From Malacoraja senta (lineage: Eukaryota), in assembly GCA_038087875.1 (NCBI GenBank), contig CM075996.1, forward strand, positions 3,970,001 to 4,034,000: 64,000 nucleotides of DNA, written 5' to 3'. Within the stretch, counting starts at the first letter, position 1; every line of letters begins with the position of its first letter. Positions 23,401 to 38,400 of the stretch are shown piece by piece. The translations under genes were made by a program, and so were the position numbers. The notes under the pieces are model-generated. The model saw nothing but the letters and a program-made list of their open reading frames with translations. It was not told the DNA's origin and made no database searches.

Positions 23401-26400
23401 AAAGCATCCAGAGAACCGGCCTCCACCGCCCTCTGTGGCAGAGAATTCCACAGACTCACGACTCTCTGTGAGAAAAAGTGTTTCCTCGGCTCCGTTCTAA
23501 ATGGCTTACTCCTTATTCTTAAACTGTGTGTGGCCCCTGGTTCTGGACTCCCCCAACATCAGGAACATGTCCATTGCAAGAGATATTTGCATCAACCTGA
23601 CTAGTAGTAATTTGTGTTTCCAGGCAATAGTTTGACGGTTCTGAATGAAACCAGCATTTCCTTCAGCATTAAGATCCAGAGCTATTTTTAACAGAGTCTA
23701 CATTTAAAAGCACACTCATATAGAGCTGCAGTCGCCCAGTGCACCCAGTTGATTTTAGACACACAATGCTGGAGTAACTCAGCAGGTCAGGCAGCATCTC
23801 TGAAGAAAAATAACAAGTGATGTTTCGGGTCAAGACCGTTCTTCCTTCGTCCAATTGCCATTGGTAAAATTGTAAATTGTCCTTTGTGTGTAGAATAGTG
23901 TTAGTGTGCGGGGATCGCTGGTCGGCGTGGACTCGGTGGGCTGAAGGGCCTGTTTCTGTGAAGTATCTCGAAAACATCTAAAGCTGCAGATGCTGGAATC
24001 TGGCGAATCCAGACCAGTCAGTCAATGTTCACCACACGGGTTGTGTTGGACACACAGCTCAAGGGCACTCGAGATTCACGGGTGTCTCACACAATCTAAC
24101 CCCTCCCTCTGCCTCTCTCGTAACAGATCCCTCTCCAGTGACTGGACTGTCTGTGGTGAACGGGACAACAGAGTCGTTAAGGATTGAATGGACGTCACCG
24201 ACTGATACAAGAGCCTCTAATTACACCTACAACGTTACAGTCACTAATGTTACTGGCGGTGTTAGTTGGACCGATATCACGAGTAAAGGCGAGACAGCAT
24301 TCACAGCGACAGGGCTGCAACCTGGGGATCGATACCTGCTGTCGGTGCAGTCAGTCACACCTGAGGACACACTGAGCACACCTGTGGAGGTGAAGGGCAC
24401 CACAAGTAAGTAACTCCTGAAGAGACAGTAACTGCTCCAATGCCTCCTCAGTAATTGGGTCCATTACCAAAAGTGTGAAAACGCACACCTCCAGATTCAG
24501 GGACAGTTTCTTCCCAGCTGTTATCAGGCAACTGAACCATCCTACCACAACCAGAGAGCAGTCCTGAACTACTATCTACTTCTTTGGTGACCCTCGGATT
24601 ATCCTTGATCGGAGTTTGGCAGACAAAAATGCTGGAGAAACTCAGCGGGTGAGGCAGCATCTATGGAGCGAAGAAAATAGGCAACGTTTCGGGCCGAAAC
24701 ATGGCCTATTTCCTTCGCTCCATAGATGCTACTTCACCCGCCGAGTTTCTCCAGCATTTTTGTCTACCTTCGATTTTCCAGCATCTGCAGTTCCTTCTTA
24801 AACATTGATCGGACTTTGCTGGCTTTGCCTCGCAGTAAGCGTTATTCCCTTATCATGTATCTGTACACTGCAATTGGATTGATTGTAAAACTGTCTTTCT
24901 GCTGACCGGATAGCACGCACGTCGGCACGGTGGCGATCATTGGCGGCGAACGGGAAGAATCTGCCGCCATAGACCGCGCACTTCGTGAGAACACACAATT
25001 CCGGGGCCGTGCGGCGGTGTTCCCAACACCGCACGGTGCTAAAATAAAACCTACACTGTTTAAAACTATATTCTTACCGCACAACCTCCACCAGTGATGC
25101 ACGAGTGCGGCACGGCCGCGGGGCCGCCGCACGGCCGCCGCCAGTGTGGCTCGAGCGCCGTGCGTCAAACTTCCACTGCCACAGCCTCCTCCAGTGAGGC
25201 ACGTGTGCGGCACGGCCACAGGCACAGCCACCGCTACAGCGCCGCGATCAGGACGGCCGCCGCCACAGCCGCCGCTTGTGAGTCACGTGCGGCGGGCCGA
25301 CGTCATCGCAGTCGGCCCGCCCTTTTTTTTACTTACCGCAAGCACGTGGGACCAGCCGTATTTGAATAACTCGGCCCCCGCGCAGCATCCGTGCGGCGCT
25401 CCCGTGGATAGGCTCGGCGCTCTCGCCGTTGCCGTGCGGTCCCCGCTACCGGCGACGCCGCGCTTCACCGCCGATGACCGCAAACAGGTAAGACAGAGTT
25501 TTATACAGCCCTTGCAGCGGCCTGCGTGGGTTTTCTCCGAGATCTTCGGTCCCCCCCCCCGCACTCCACAGACGTACAGGTTTCTAGTTTAATTGGCTTG
25601 GCATCAATGTAAAATTGTCCCTAGTGTGTTATTGTGCGGGGGTCGCTGGTCGGCGAGGACACGGTGGGCCGAAGGGCCTGTTTCCGCTCTGTAAATCGAA
25701 AACTAAAACAGCGTAAGCATTTCACTGTCGCTCGGTTCACGCGACAATAAACGAAAATGAAACTGGACGAAGAGATGTTGGCATCAACCGGACGTGGGTA
25801 GTTTGTGTTTATCAGGCTGTAGTTTGGTGGTTCGGAATAAAACCAGCATTTCACTCTCGGTTTTCTACATCAACCCTGAACTGCATCATTTTAAGGCCAG
25901 CAGGTAAACCTCCTGCACATCCTTCCACAGATTATGGAGCCCAAAATTGCTCACAATACTCCAGATGTGGCCCGACCAGCGCCTTATAGATGCCTCAACA
26001 TTACATTCCCTGTTTTATGTATTCTAGCCCTCTTGAAATAAGGTCATTGGTCATAACGGATAGGTGTCGAATTAGGCCATTTGGCCCACCAAGTCTATTC
26101 CGCCGTTCAATCTATCCCTCCCTCCTAACCCCATTCTCCTGCCTTCTCCCCTTAACCTCTGACACCTGTACTAGCTATCTCTGCCTTAAAAATATCCACT
26201 GACGTCCTCCACAGCTTTCTATGGCAAAGAATTCCACAGATTCACCACCCTCTGACTAAAGAAATTCCTCCGCATCTCCTTCCTAAAAGAACGTTCTTTA
26301 ATTCTGAGGCTGTGAGGCTGAGGCTGAGGTTCTGATCAACAGAGAGCTAGATAGGGCTGTTAAAGATAGCGGAGTCGGGGGATATGGTGAGGAGGCAGGA

Positions 26401-29400
26401 ATGGGGTACTGGTTGTGGATGATCAGCCATGATCACATTGAATGGCGGCTCGAAGGGCCAAATGGCCTACTCCTGCGCCTATTGTCTATTGTCTAGTCCT
26501 GGACTCTCCCACTAGTGGAAACATCCTCTCCACATCCACTCTATCCAAGCCTTTCACTATTCTGTACGTTTCAATGAGGTCCCCACACATTCTTCTAAAC
26601 TCCAGCGAGTACAGGCCCAGTGCCGACAAACGCTCATCGTAGGTTAACCTGCTCATTCCTGGGATCATTCTTGTCAAATTATTGTCATAAATAAATGCCT
26701 GAATGAAAACCAGCATCTCATTCTTGGTTTCCCGCTTCAATGATGAACATAAATGCACGACACTTTGAAGGCCAGGCTCCGGGTGCAACAGGTTGAATTG
26801 AAGAGGTCCAAGCAGAATCTTGTAAAAGCGATGGGCTCAATCACCAACTCTCCCACACCCTGGGAGCTTTGCTGAAGATAACTCAATGGCCAACCAGGAA
26901 AATTGACCAAGGGGCAGGCAATTATTTTAAAAAAAACATGAACCGTACACAAAATTTATCCCACATTTTCGGGGGCCGTACAAACATTCAATACTTTCTA
27001 CACACACATTGCTCAAATTTCACAAATTTATTCCCCACTCATGAGGCCCACTGGCGTGGGATCCCTTCCCTTATTTTGAGGGGCGTCTCCACCACACCCT
27101 GCCCCCCCCCATGTCCAGCAGCGGAAGGACCCTAGACTGTGGTCCTCCTCTCCCCCACCGAGCCTTGGCGTTGGCTGCACCGAGCTTCAGCCCGCACTCC
27201 TGCAGTCCGCAGCGGGCCAGTCGGCGACGTTCCCCGACGGACATCTCGCTCCGCGGGAAGATCAACAACGCTCGGGCAGACCAAAGAGCGTCTTTCACCG
27301 AGTTGATGACCTTCCAGCAGCACTCAATGCAAGTCTCTGAATGTGTCCCTGGGAACAGTCCGAGCGGCAGGCAATGGCAGGGTGACTGATATTCCACACC
27401 CTGCAACCAACAATACACACACAATATCTGCTTGACCCCACACAGCCCAAGTACACACATGGTTCACGGTGAGTTACTCCAGCTTTTTGTGTCTAACTTC
27501 GGTTTAAACCAGCATCTGCTGTCCCTTCCGACACATGTTGCTTTGAATCGTTTTCATTGTTTTTTAATAAGGTGGTATGTTTTATTCCTCACTGATGGCG
27601 GAGTCGCTGATAATCCAGACCAGTCAGTCAATGTTCACCACACGGGTTGTGCTGGACACACAGCTCAAGGGCACTCGAGATTCACGGGTGTCTCACACAA
27701 TCTAACCCCTCCCTCTGCCTCTCTCGTAACAGATCCCTCTCCAGTGACTGGACTGTCTGTGGTGAACGGGACAACAGAGTCGTTAAGGATTGAATGGACA
27801 CCACCAAACGATGCAAGAGCCTCTAATTACACCTACAACGTTACGGTCACTAATGTTGCTGACGGTGCTGGTTCGACCACTATCACGAGTAAAGGCGAGA
27901 CAGCATTCACAGCGACAGGGCTGCAACCTGGGGATCAATACCTGCTGTCGGTGCAGTCAGTCACACCTGAGGAGACACTGAGCTCACCTGTGGAGGTGAA
28001 TGGCACCACAAGTAAGTAACTCCTGAAGAGACAGTAAAGGGCCTGTCCACTTGCATGCGATTGACTGCGGCTAGCGCGACCAAACGTGGTCGCTTGAGGC
28101 ATACGACCTCGCGGGGCCGGTCCCACTTCCAAGCGCGGAGGCGTATGGAGTTGTGCGGGGCTGGTCCCGACATCGCGCGAGGCTCCGAAAATCCCGCACT
28201 GTCCAAAAATTCCGCGTGGCAACGGCCTGTCGGCCCGAAGCCGCATTGAGGGCGTACGCAGCGTCTTGACGGCGTATGCCTAGCACGTGGCGTTGCAGGA
28301 TGATGTCACCGCCCGGCGTGCCGTTGCGTGATGACGTCACCGCCCGACGCCGTGCGACGTCCAAATTCAGTCGGCCCGCCTCCTGCCCAGCTGATTGGTG
28401 AGTATGATGTCGGGACCAGCCCCGCACAACTCCATACGCCTCCGTGGTTCTAATTGGGACCGGCCCCGCGCGGCCGTACGCTTCAAGCGACCACGTTTGG
28501 TCGCGCTAGACGCATGAAATCGCTTGCTGGTGGGACAGGCCTTTAACTGCTCCAATGCCTCCCTCAGTACCGGCTCCAGCACCAGACACAGGCGGCACAT
28601 AATGTGTAGGGGAGGAACTGCAGATGCTGATTTAAACCGAAGATAGACATAAAAAGCTGGAGTAACTCAGCGGGACAGGCGGCATCGCTGGAGAGAAGGA
28701 ATGTTTCGGGAAAATAGACAATAGGTGCAGGGGGAGGCCAGGGCTCGAAATTAGCGGTTGCCCGGGTGCCCATGACCACTCAAAGCGCCGCCGGGCAACC
28801 TAAACGCACGAGTCATTTTGCCTGGCTTGGCAACCAGATACTGGTTTGTACGGAAGATAGACACAAAAAACTGGAGTAACTCTGCGGGTCAGGCAGCATC
28901 TCTGGAGAAAAGATACGCGACGTGTTGTGTCGGTGACGGCTGTGTTGCGGGGCAAAGATACTAGGTGCGGGGTGAGGAAGGGTCGGAGCGAATGACGGGC
29001 CCCGAACAGCGGCAGCAGCGGCTCCACCTCCTCCTCCTCCCGCCCCCCCGCCCGCCCCATCCATCCTGTACTGATCCTCCCATTCAAGAAGAATGGGGGG
29101 AACAGTCTGAAGAAGGGTCTCGACCCGAAACGTTGCCTATTTCCTTCGCTCCATAGATGCTGCCTCGCCCGCTGAGTTTCTCCAGCACTTTTGTCTACCC
29201 CCATCCATCCCGTACTGAACCCCCCATTCAACACCACTGACATCCCCGGTGCTCTCCCCTCACAATTTTACCTACTCCAATGAACACGTACTAATTCACC
29301 TGCCTCAATCCATCCATTCTGCACCGACTGCCTTCTAACCCCCCTTCCCCCCCACCTATCCACCCCGTACTGATTCACACACACCCCCCTCCTGACCCTA

Positions 29401-32400
29401 TTGTGCTGGAAATGTCTTCAGAGCGAACATTGACTATGTTTGATAACGGAATGCAATCAAATGTATTTTAATTCCCAATGTTATTATTTGTTTTAATCCA
29501 TAAAGATGGATTAATTAAATTGTGAACACGTGAAACATTAAAACCGCAGTGTTCGATTGTCACTGCTGCCGTTGACACGTTATTACAATTCATTTTAACG
29601 GCAAATCAATGCTCTTAATATGGAGTATCAGTACTGTAGTTATTTAATGAGCAACATTCATAACTATATGTACGCATATATGTTACCATGGTCCAGGATT
29701 TATTGACACAGGTTGATCATACGCTGAATAATCCAACCACATTTTTGTTTGGAAGTGGAAAGAACTAATAGAAATTGCATTAATTGCAATGTGTAAAAAG
29801 AGTTGAGATACTGTCTTATAATTTTGCTGCATGTCATTGTGGGATATATCATGTCTTGATTGGTGAATATGTTTAGTTTGTGACTTTATTTGAAGCAGAT
29901 ATAATATGTGAATGCTTCATTGAGTATAATTCCGACTGGAAACTACGCACTTCGTCCGAGCACATTATCGCACGCGTCATGCAAGCCATCTTAAATGACC
30001 ACCTAAACTGTCATTTGGCAACCTAAAAAGCTGCCAAGGTTGCCCGGCTGGCAACAGGGAAAAAAAGTTAAGCGAGAGCCCTGGAGGCAATTCGGCCCTT
30101 CAAGCCAGCACCGCCATTCAATGTGATCATGGCTAATCATCCCCAATCAGTACCCCGTTCCTGCCTTCTCCCCATATCCCTGACTCCTCTATCTTTAAGA
30201 GCTCTATCTAGCTCTCTCTTGAAAACATCCAGAGAACCGGCCTCCACCGCCCCCTGAGGCAGAGAATCCACAGACACAACTATCTTAAAAAAAAAAAATC
30301 CTCATCTCCATTCTTAAACTGTGGCCCCTGGTTCTGGACTCCCCCAACATCAGGAACATGTTTCCTGCCACTAGCGTGCCCAAACCCTTAACAATCTTAT
30401 ATTTTCAATAAGATGCCCTCTCATCCTTCTAAATTCCAGAGTACACAAGCCCAGCCTCTCCATTCTATCAACATATGACAGTCCCGCCATCCCGGGAATT
30501 AACCTGGTGAACCTACGTTGCTCTCCCACAATAGCAAGAATGTCCTTCCTCAAATTTGGAGAGCAAAACTGCACACAATACTCCAGGTGTGGTCTCACTA
30601 GGGCTCTGTACAACTGCAGAAGGACCTCTTTGCTCCTATACTCATCTCCTCCTGTTATAAAGGCCAACATGCCATTCGCTTACTTCACTGCCTGCTGTAC
30701 CTGCATCAGACTGAAGAAGGGTCTCGACCCGAAACGCCACCCATTCCTTCTCTGCAGAGATGCTGCCTGTCCCGCTGAGTTACTCCAGCTTTTTGTGTCT
30801 ATCCTGAGGAGAATCATCTAGGTGACGGACTAACCTACCAAGCCTCCCACACGCTGTATGATCAGCAGAGATGAACCTGCGGATAATTCATCGACCACCC
30901 AGGAAACTTGGCTGAGGGAGCGGAAACAGAAAGAGGGGCAGTTTGGTTGGCAGTCAAATTACCTCAGCTCACAAGTGGGTGAGGCAGCATCTATGGAGCG
31001 AAGGAATAGGTGACGTTTCAGGTCAAGACCCCTCATCAGTCTGAAGAAGGGTCTCGATCCGAAACGTCGCAGATTCCTTCGCTCCATAGATGCTGCCTCA
31101 CCCACTGAGTTTCTCCAAGATTTTTGTCCACTTTCGATTTTTCCAGCATCTGCAGTTCCTTCTTAAACATTAGCTCACAAGAGAGTCACAGCACCTTATC
31201 AGGCGTAGAGTCATAGAGATGAATAGTTATTTCAGCACGGAAACAGGCCCAAACTGCCCACTCCAACCAAAATGTCCCATCTACACTAGCCCCCCCCTAC
31301 CTGCGTTTGGCGCATATCCCTCCAAACACACACTGGGGATTTCCGGGACCACTGGCCGCTGCGTGGGGGTTGAATGCATCCTTGACAAGGATTGTAACAT
31401 AGTTGTACAGTAGTTTATTTAGTATATTTGTTTGTCTTGTATTATGGTGGGGGTTTCTGTTTTGTATTATTGTATGGTAAATATTATTTTTAATAATTGA
31501 ACAATTAAAAAAAAAAAACACTAAAACAAACGTGCTATCCATTTGTATCGGGCGAGCGGGATTTTAGAAAGCCATGCATCTTTCTCAGCGGATGCAGAAA
31601 AAGGTGCCTCACACAATCTAACCCCTCTCTCTGCCTCTGTCGTAACAGATCCCTCTCCAGTGACTGGACTGTCCGTGGTGAACGGGACAACACAGTCGTT
31701 AAGGATTAAATGGACGTCACCGGCTGATACAAGAGCCTCTAATTACACCTACAACGTTACAGTCACTAATGTTGCTGACGGTGTTAGTTGGACCGATATC
31801 ACGAGTAAAGGCGAGACAGCATTCACAGCGACAGGGCTGCAACCTGGGGATCAATACCTGCTGTCGGTGCAGTCAGTCACACCTGAGGACACACTGAGCT
31901 CACCTGTGGAGGTGAACGGCACCACAAGTAAGTAACTCCTGAAGAGACAGTAACTGCTCCAATGCCTCCCTCAGTACCGGCTCCAGCACCAGACACAGGC
32001 GGCACTTACAAAATTACATTCCCTCTTGGTTTTTCTGCAACAATAGTCGGCAGGAATGCATAACATTCACACGGGCGGCACAGCAGTAGAGTTGCTGCCT
32101 CACAGCGCCAGAGACCCGGGATCGATCCTGACCACGGGTGCTGTCTGTACGGAGTCTGTACGTTCTCCCCGTGACCGGGTGGGTTTTCCCCCGGGGTGCT
32201 CCGGTTTCCTCCCACTCTCTGAAGATGTACAGACAGGTTTGTAGGTTCATTGGTTTCTGTAAATGGTAAACTGTCCCTGGTGTGTGTCGGATAGTGCTAG
32301 TGTGGAGGGGCTGATCGATGGGTCGTCGTGGACTCGGTGGGCCGAAGGGCCTGTTTCCACGCTGTATCTCCAAACTAAACGAAACGAAACGAAATTTAAG

Positions 32401-35400
32401 GCCAAACTCCCTAATGCGACCGTTACTATTGTGGACTCCTGACTAGTAATGAGTAATGAAAGGAAAGGGATCATTTGTGTTTCTCTGAGGATTAGCAACA
32501 AGCAAGTTTCCCCAGAGGTCATAGAAACATAGAAACATAGAAACATAGACAATAGGTGCAGGAGTAGGCCATTCGGCCCTTCGAGCCTGCACCGCCATTC
32601 AATATGATCATGGCTGATCATCCAACTCAGTATCCTGTACCTGCCTTCTCTCCATACCCCCTGATCCCTTTAGCCACAAGGGCCGCATCTAACTCCCTCT
32701 TAAATATAGCCAATGAACTGGCCTCAACTACCTTCTGTGGCAGAGAGTTCCACAGATTCACCACTCTCACCCACATTTAATCCCTAGGACTATTTTTCAC
32801 CCACTTCTATTAACAGGAATCACCAAAACAGCAGCAGTCTCACACTGCCCCCTTTCCAATGTGACCGACGTCATTTAGTTTTTTAACCGCTTATGTCAGA
32901 TTAGATTCCGTTCTATGGTGGGTCTTGGTCCAGTTTGTCGTTTAGAGATACGGCGCGGATGCGGGCCCTTCGGCCCATCGAGTCTGGGCCGAGCAGCGAT
33001 TCCCGCCCACCAACACTATCCTCCACACACACTAGGGACAATTTACATTCATAACAAGCCAATTAGCCTGCAGACCCGCATGTCTTTGGAGTGTGGGGGG
33101 AAAACCGGAGCACCCGGAGAAAACCCACGCCGGTCACGGGGAGAACGTACAGACAAGCACCCGTAGTCGGGATCGAACCCGGGTCTCTGGCGCCGTGAGG
33201 CAGCGACTCTACCCGCTGCGCCACCGTGATAATCCATAACCCCGCATCTAATGGACACCTCACTGTTATCAGTGTGGGCACAATCAGTGGCCAAGAGCGA
33301 CCATGATGCACAGTGTCTCAAACAGTCTAACCCCTCCCTCTGCTTCTCTCGTAACAGATCCCTCTCCAGTGACTGGACTGTCTGTGGTGAACAGGGCAAC
33401 ACAGTCATTAACGATTGAATGGACGTCACCGACTGATACAAGAGCCTCTAATTACACCTACAACGTTACGGTCACTAATGTTGCTGATGGTGCTAGTTGG
33501 ACCAACATCACGAGTAAAGGCGAGACAGCATTCACAGCGACAGGGCTGCAACCTGGCGATCGATACCAGCTGTCGGTGCAGTCAGTCACACCTGAGGACA
33601 CACTGAGCTCACCTGTGGAGGTGAACGGCACCACAAGTAAGTAACTCCTGAAGAGACAGTAACTGCTCCAATGCCTCCATGGTATTACAGTCCCAGTACC
33701 AGAACTAGCTGGCACTCTCATGATCTGGTCATGTTTATCAGGCAGTAGATTAGTTTGGACTCCAATGAGTTTCTGCTGAAGAGACCTGAGCAGAATCATT
33801 ATGCTGAGAGAATGGAGCGGCTGGGCTTGTACACTCTGGAGTTTAGAAGGATGAGAGGGTATGTTATTGAAACATATAAGATTTGTTAAGGGCTTGGACA
33901 CGCTAGAGGCAGGAAACATGTTCCCGATGTTGGGGGAGTCCAGAACCAGGGGTCACAGTTTAAGAATGAGGGGTAAGCCACTTAGAACGGAGACGAGGAA
34001 ACACTTTTTCACATAGAGAGTGGTGAGTCTGTGAATTCTCTGCCTCAGAGGGCGGTGGAGGCAGGTTCTCTGGATGCTTTCAAGAGAGAGCTAGATAGGG
34101 CTCTTAAAAATAGCGGAGTCAGGGGATATGGGGAGAAGGCAGGAACGGGGTACTGATTGGGGATGATCAGCCATGATCACATTGAATGGCGGTGCTGGCT
34201 CGAAGGGCCGAATGGCCTACTCCTGCACCTATTGTCTATTGTCTATTGTCTATTATATAAATTTATACACACATGAATAAATAAACTGATAAAGTGCAAA
34301 TAAACAGATAATGGGCGATTAATGTTCAGAGATTTGTTTGAGATGAGTTTAATAGCCTGATGGCTGTGGGGAAGTAGCTATTCCTGAACCTGGTCGTTGC
34401 AGTCTTCAGGCTCCTGTACCTTCTACCTGAAGGTAGCGGGGAGATGAGTGTGTGGCCAGGATGGTGTGGGTCCTTGATGATGCTGCCGGCCTTTTTGAGG
34501 CAGCTGTAACCTTTGTACAGATGAACCTGATGATAATTCATCCACCAACCAGGCAGATTGGGTGAGGGACAGGCGACTGCTGGAGGGGCAGGTTGGTTGG
34601 CACTCAGAACAGTTAAAGCCACCAGGCAGCAGCAGCAACTTATAATCTGGGGAAGGTTCACATTTAACTAACTGTGTCGGAAGGAACTGCAGATGCCGGT
34701 TTAAAGTGAAGATAGACACAAAAAGCTGGAGTAACTCGGCGGGACAGGCAGCATCTCTGGAGAGAAGGAATGGGTGACATTTCGGGTCGGGACCCTTCTT
34801 CAGACCAAAGATCCTATAGCGGAGCCAGATAGACCACTCCTGCTAAATGCAATGGGCTGACGTGTAGTACGCAACGGAGCGGAACGTGGGCCTTTTTTTC
34901 ATCCATTTCCGTAACCGGACCCGACCCGACCCGACCCGCAGTGTAATCAACGTTGCGGGGGAACAGTTTGTGTTAATAAATTACAATTCTGAAAATGAGG
35001 TGAAGATTTTTACCAAATAACTTTTATTTTTTACAAAGATGTTTCCGTAACCGGCTTCCGTCTCCGCACTAGTATCCTATGGGATCTTTGGTGCGGAGAC
35101 GGAAGCCGGTTACGGAAATGGGGCCTTAAATTACCCATGAATCTGCCCATGACCGTTCTACGTCTTTTTTGTCGAGTGGACTATCTTGCTCGCTAAAGGG
35201 TCTTTGCTTCAGACTGGTGAGGGATAAGGGAAACGAGGGATATAGACGATGATGTAGAGAGATAAAGAACAATGAATGAAAGATATGCCAAAAAGTAATG
35301 ATGATAAAGGAAACAGGCCATTGTTCGCTGACTGACAGTCTCACTGTCCTCCTCTTTATTTTACTGGTTGTATACTTTGTGATCATCATCCCCTCAGCTA

Positions 35401-38400
35401 ACAACGAACCGTTCTACATTTCCTTGATCGTCGTTTGCTTTGATCTATTGTTTTCACACCTTACCCTTCCACATATCTCTATGTGTCTCCCTCTCCCCGG
35501 ACTCTCAGTCTGAAGAAAGGTCACAGCGATATCAATATTGATTTCTCTAACTTCAAGTAACCCCTGCATTCCCTCTCCCTCCATCCCTCCCCCACCCAGG
35601 TCACACCAGCTTCTCGTTCTCACCCAGCCAACAGCTAACAATGGCCTGTGTCCTTTAACATTGTTACTTGTTTTGCATATCTTTCATTCATTTGCTCTAA
35701 GTCTCTCTACATCATCTATATCTCTCGTTTCCATTTCCCCTGACTCTCAGTCTGAAGAAGGGTCTCGACCCGAAACATCGCCTGCCCCTTCTCTCCAGAG
35801 ATGCTGCCTGTCCCGCTGAGTTACTCCAGCATTTTGGTGTCCAATCACACAATTTGAGTTACACACAGCCCAAGAGCACTCAGGAAATAGGGTGCCTCGC
35901 GCAAAACTAACAATCTAACCCCTCCCTCTGCCTCTCTCGTAACAGATCCCTCTCCAGTGGCTGGACTGTCTGTGGTGAACGGGACAACAGAGTCGTTAAG
36001 GATTGAATGGACGCCACCGGCTGATACAAGAGCCTCTAATTACATCTACAACGTTACAGTCACTAATGTTGCTGGCGGTGTTAGTTGGACCGATATCACG
36101 AGTAAAGGCGAGACAGCATTCACAGCGACAGGGCTGCAACCTGGGGATCAATACCTGCTATCGGTGCAATCAGTCACACCTGAGGAGACACTGAGCACAC
36201 CTGTGGAGGTGACCGGCACCACAAGTAAGTAACTCCTGAAGAGACCGTAACTGCTCCAATGCCTCGCTCAGTACCGGCTCCAGCACCTGAACCAGGGGCA
36301 CGAGCAAGATTACATTCCCTCTTGGTCTTCTGCAACAGTAGTCGGCAGGAAGGCATAACATTCAAAACGCTCATCGTAGGTTAACCTGCTCGTTCCTGGG
36401 ATCATTCTTGTAAAGTTATCGACAGAAACAAATGCCAGCGTTGGGTTGGCCTGAATGAAAACCTGCATCTCATTCTTGGTTTTCTGTATCAATGATGAAC
36501 ATAGATGCACGACACATTGAAGGCCAGGCTCCTGGTGCAACTGGTTAAATTGAAGAGGTCCAAGCAGAATCTCGTCAAAGCGATGGGCTCAATCACCAAC
36601 TCTCCCACACCCTGGGAGCTTTGCTGAAGATAACTCAATGACCACCCAGGAAAATTGTCCGAGGGGCAGGCAATGGCAGGGTGACTGATATTCCACACCC
36701 TGCACCTAACAATATACACACAATATCTGCTTGACACACACAGCCCAAGTACACGCATGATGCAGGCTGAGTTTCTCCAGCTTTTTGTGTCTATCTTCGG
36801 TTTAATCCAGCACCTGTAGTTCCTTCCGACACATGTTGCTTTGAACCGTTTACATTGTTTTTTAATAAGGTGGTATGTTTTATTCCTCACTGATGGCGGA
36901 GTCGCTGATAATCCAGACCAGTCAGCCAATGTTCACCACACGGGTTGTGTTGGACACACAGCTCAAGGGCACTCGAGATTCACGGGTGTCTCACACAATC
37001 TAACCCCTCCCTCTGCCTCTCTCGTAACAGATCCCTCTCCAGTGACTGGACTGTCTGTGGTGAACGGGACAACAGATTTGTTAAGGATTGAATGGACGCC
37101 ACCGGCTGATACAAGAGCCTCTAATTACACCTACAACGTTACAGTCACTAATGTTGCTGACGGTGTTAGTTGGACCAAGAGCACGAGTAAAGGCGAGACA
37201 GCATTCACAGCGACAGGGCTGCAACCTGGGGATCGATACCTGCTGTCGGTGCAGTCAGTCACACCTGAGGACACACTGAGCTCACCTGTGGAGGTGAACG
37301 GCACCACAAGTAAGTAACTCCTGAAGAGACAGTAACTGCTCCAATGCCTCAGTAGTATTATAGTCCCAGGCAGTATCTGAGCTCGCTCGTACACTCATAA
37401 TCCTGTCATATTTATCAGGCAGTAGATTATTTTAGTTTCGAGATACAGCTCGGGTGGCCAACTTTCTCACTCCCAAATAAGGGACAAAAGGTCAAAATAC
37501 GGGACAAATTCCCGACGGCGATTCGTTGAGCGACTCGACCGTGGCTGGGTGAATGATGAGTTGGCCCCGGGTGCTGGACTGCACACAAGGCCCAGCCGGT
37601 GGGCCAGCTGAGGAGTTTTGGCCCGAGCGACATCGGTCCGGAACCCCATCCAACTCATGAACCGATGATCGTCCATGAGAAGGAGGGGTGGTGGTGGTGG
37701 TGTCGGCAGTAAGCAAAGGTCCGAAAGTCGGACAGCTGGCCGGGCTGCCGACCGACCGACGGGGCCACGGGCGAGGCGCTGCTGCTGCTGCTGCACTCCA
37801 TGGGCTGCACTACGTCGGGACGGGTGAGGCGGGGCCGGACGCGGCGCTCCGACCCGACCCGAAAGATCCCTCGACCCGAGTAGTAGCGGTCAAATACGGG
37901 ATATAATTTAGCCCAAAATACGGGATTAGCCCGGCTAATACAGGCCAGTTGGCAACCCTAGATACAGCATGGAAACAGGCCCTTCGGCCCACCGAGTCTG
38001 CGCCGACCAGCGATCACCCGTAGCCTGGTTCTATCCTACACACGGGACTATTTAGAGAAGCCAATTAAGCTAGAAACATGCACATCTTTGGAATGTGGGA
38101 GGGAAACCGGAGCACCCAGAGAAAACCCACGTGGTCACAGAGAGGACGTACAAACTCCGTACAGACAGCACCCGTGGTCAGGATCGATCCGGGGTCTCTG
38201 GCGCTGTGGGGCAGCAGCTCTACTGCCGCGCCGCCCGTTAGTGTCCCAGACAGCCATTCATCTTTCTCAGCCGGTGCAGGACCAGGTGTTTCCTACAAAG
38301 GCGGTTGTTGTAAAGAATGAAGTGCAATAAGCGTGGTGAGAGGGGGGAAACGAATACTGCTGGTCTGGGGTGGAGCTGTGGAAATTAAAGGCACATTACG

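Noticed and set aside
24905..25512. CpG island or promoter with GC-rich ORFs
   Set aside because: Quasi-palindromic, ends in a TIR-like TTTTATACAGCCCT and lies between repeat fragments; more likely a truncated MITE.
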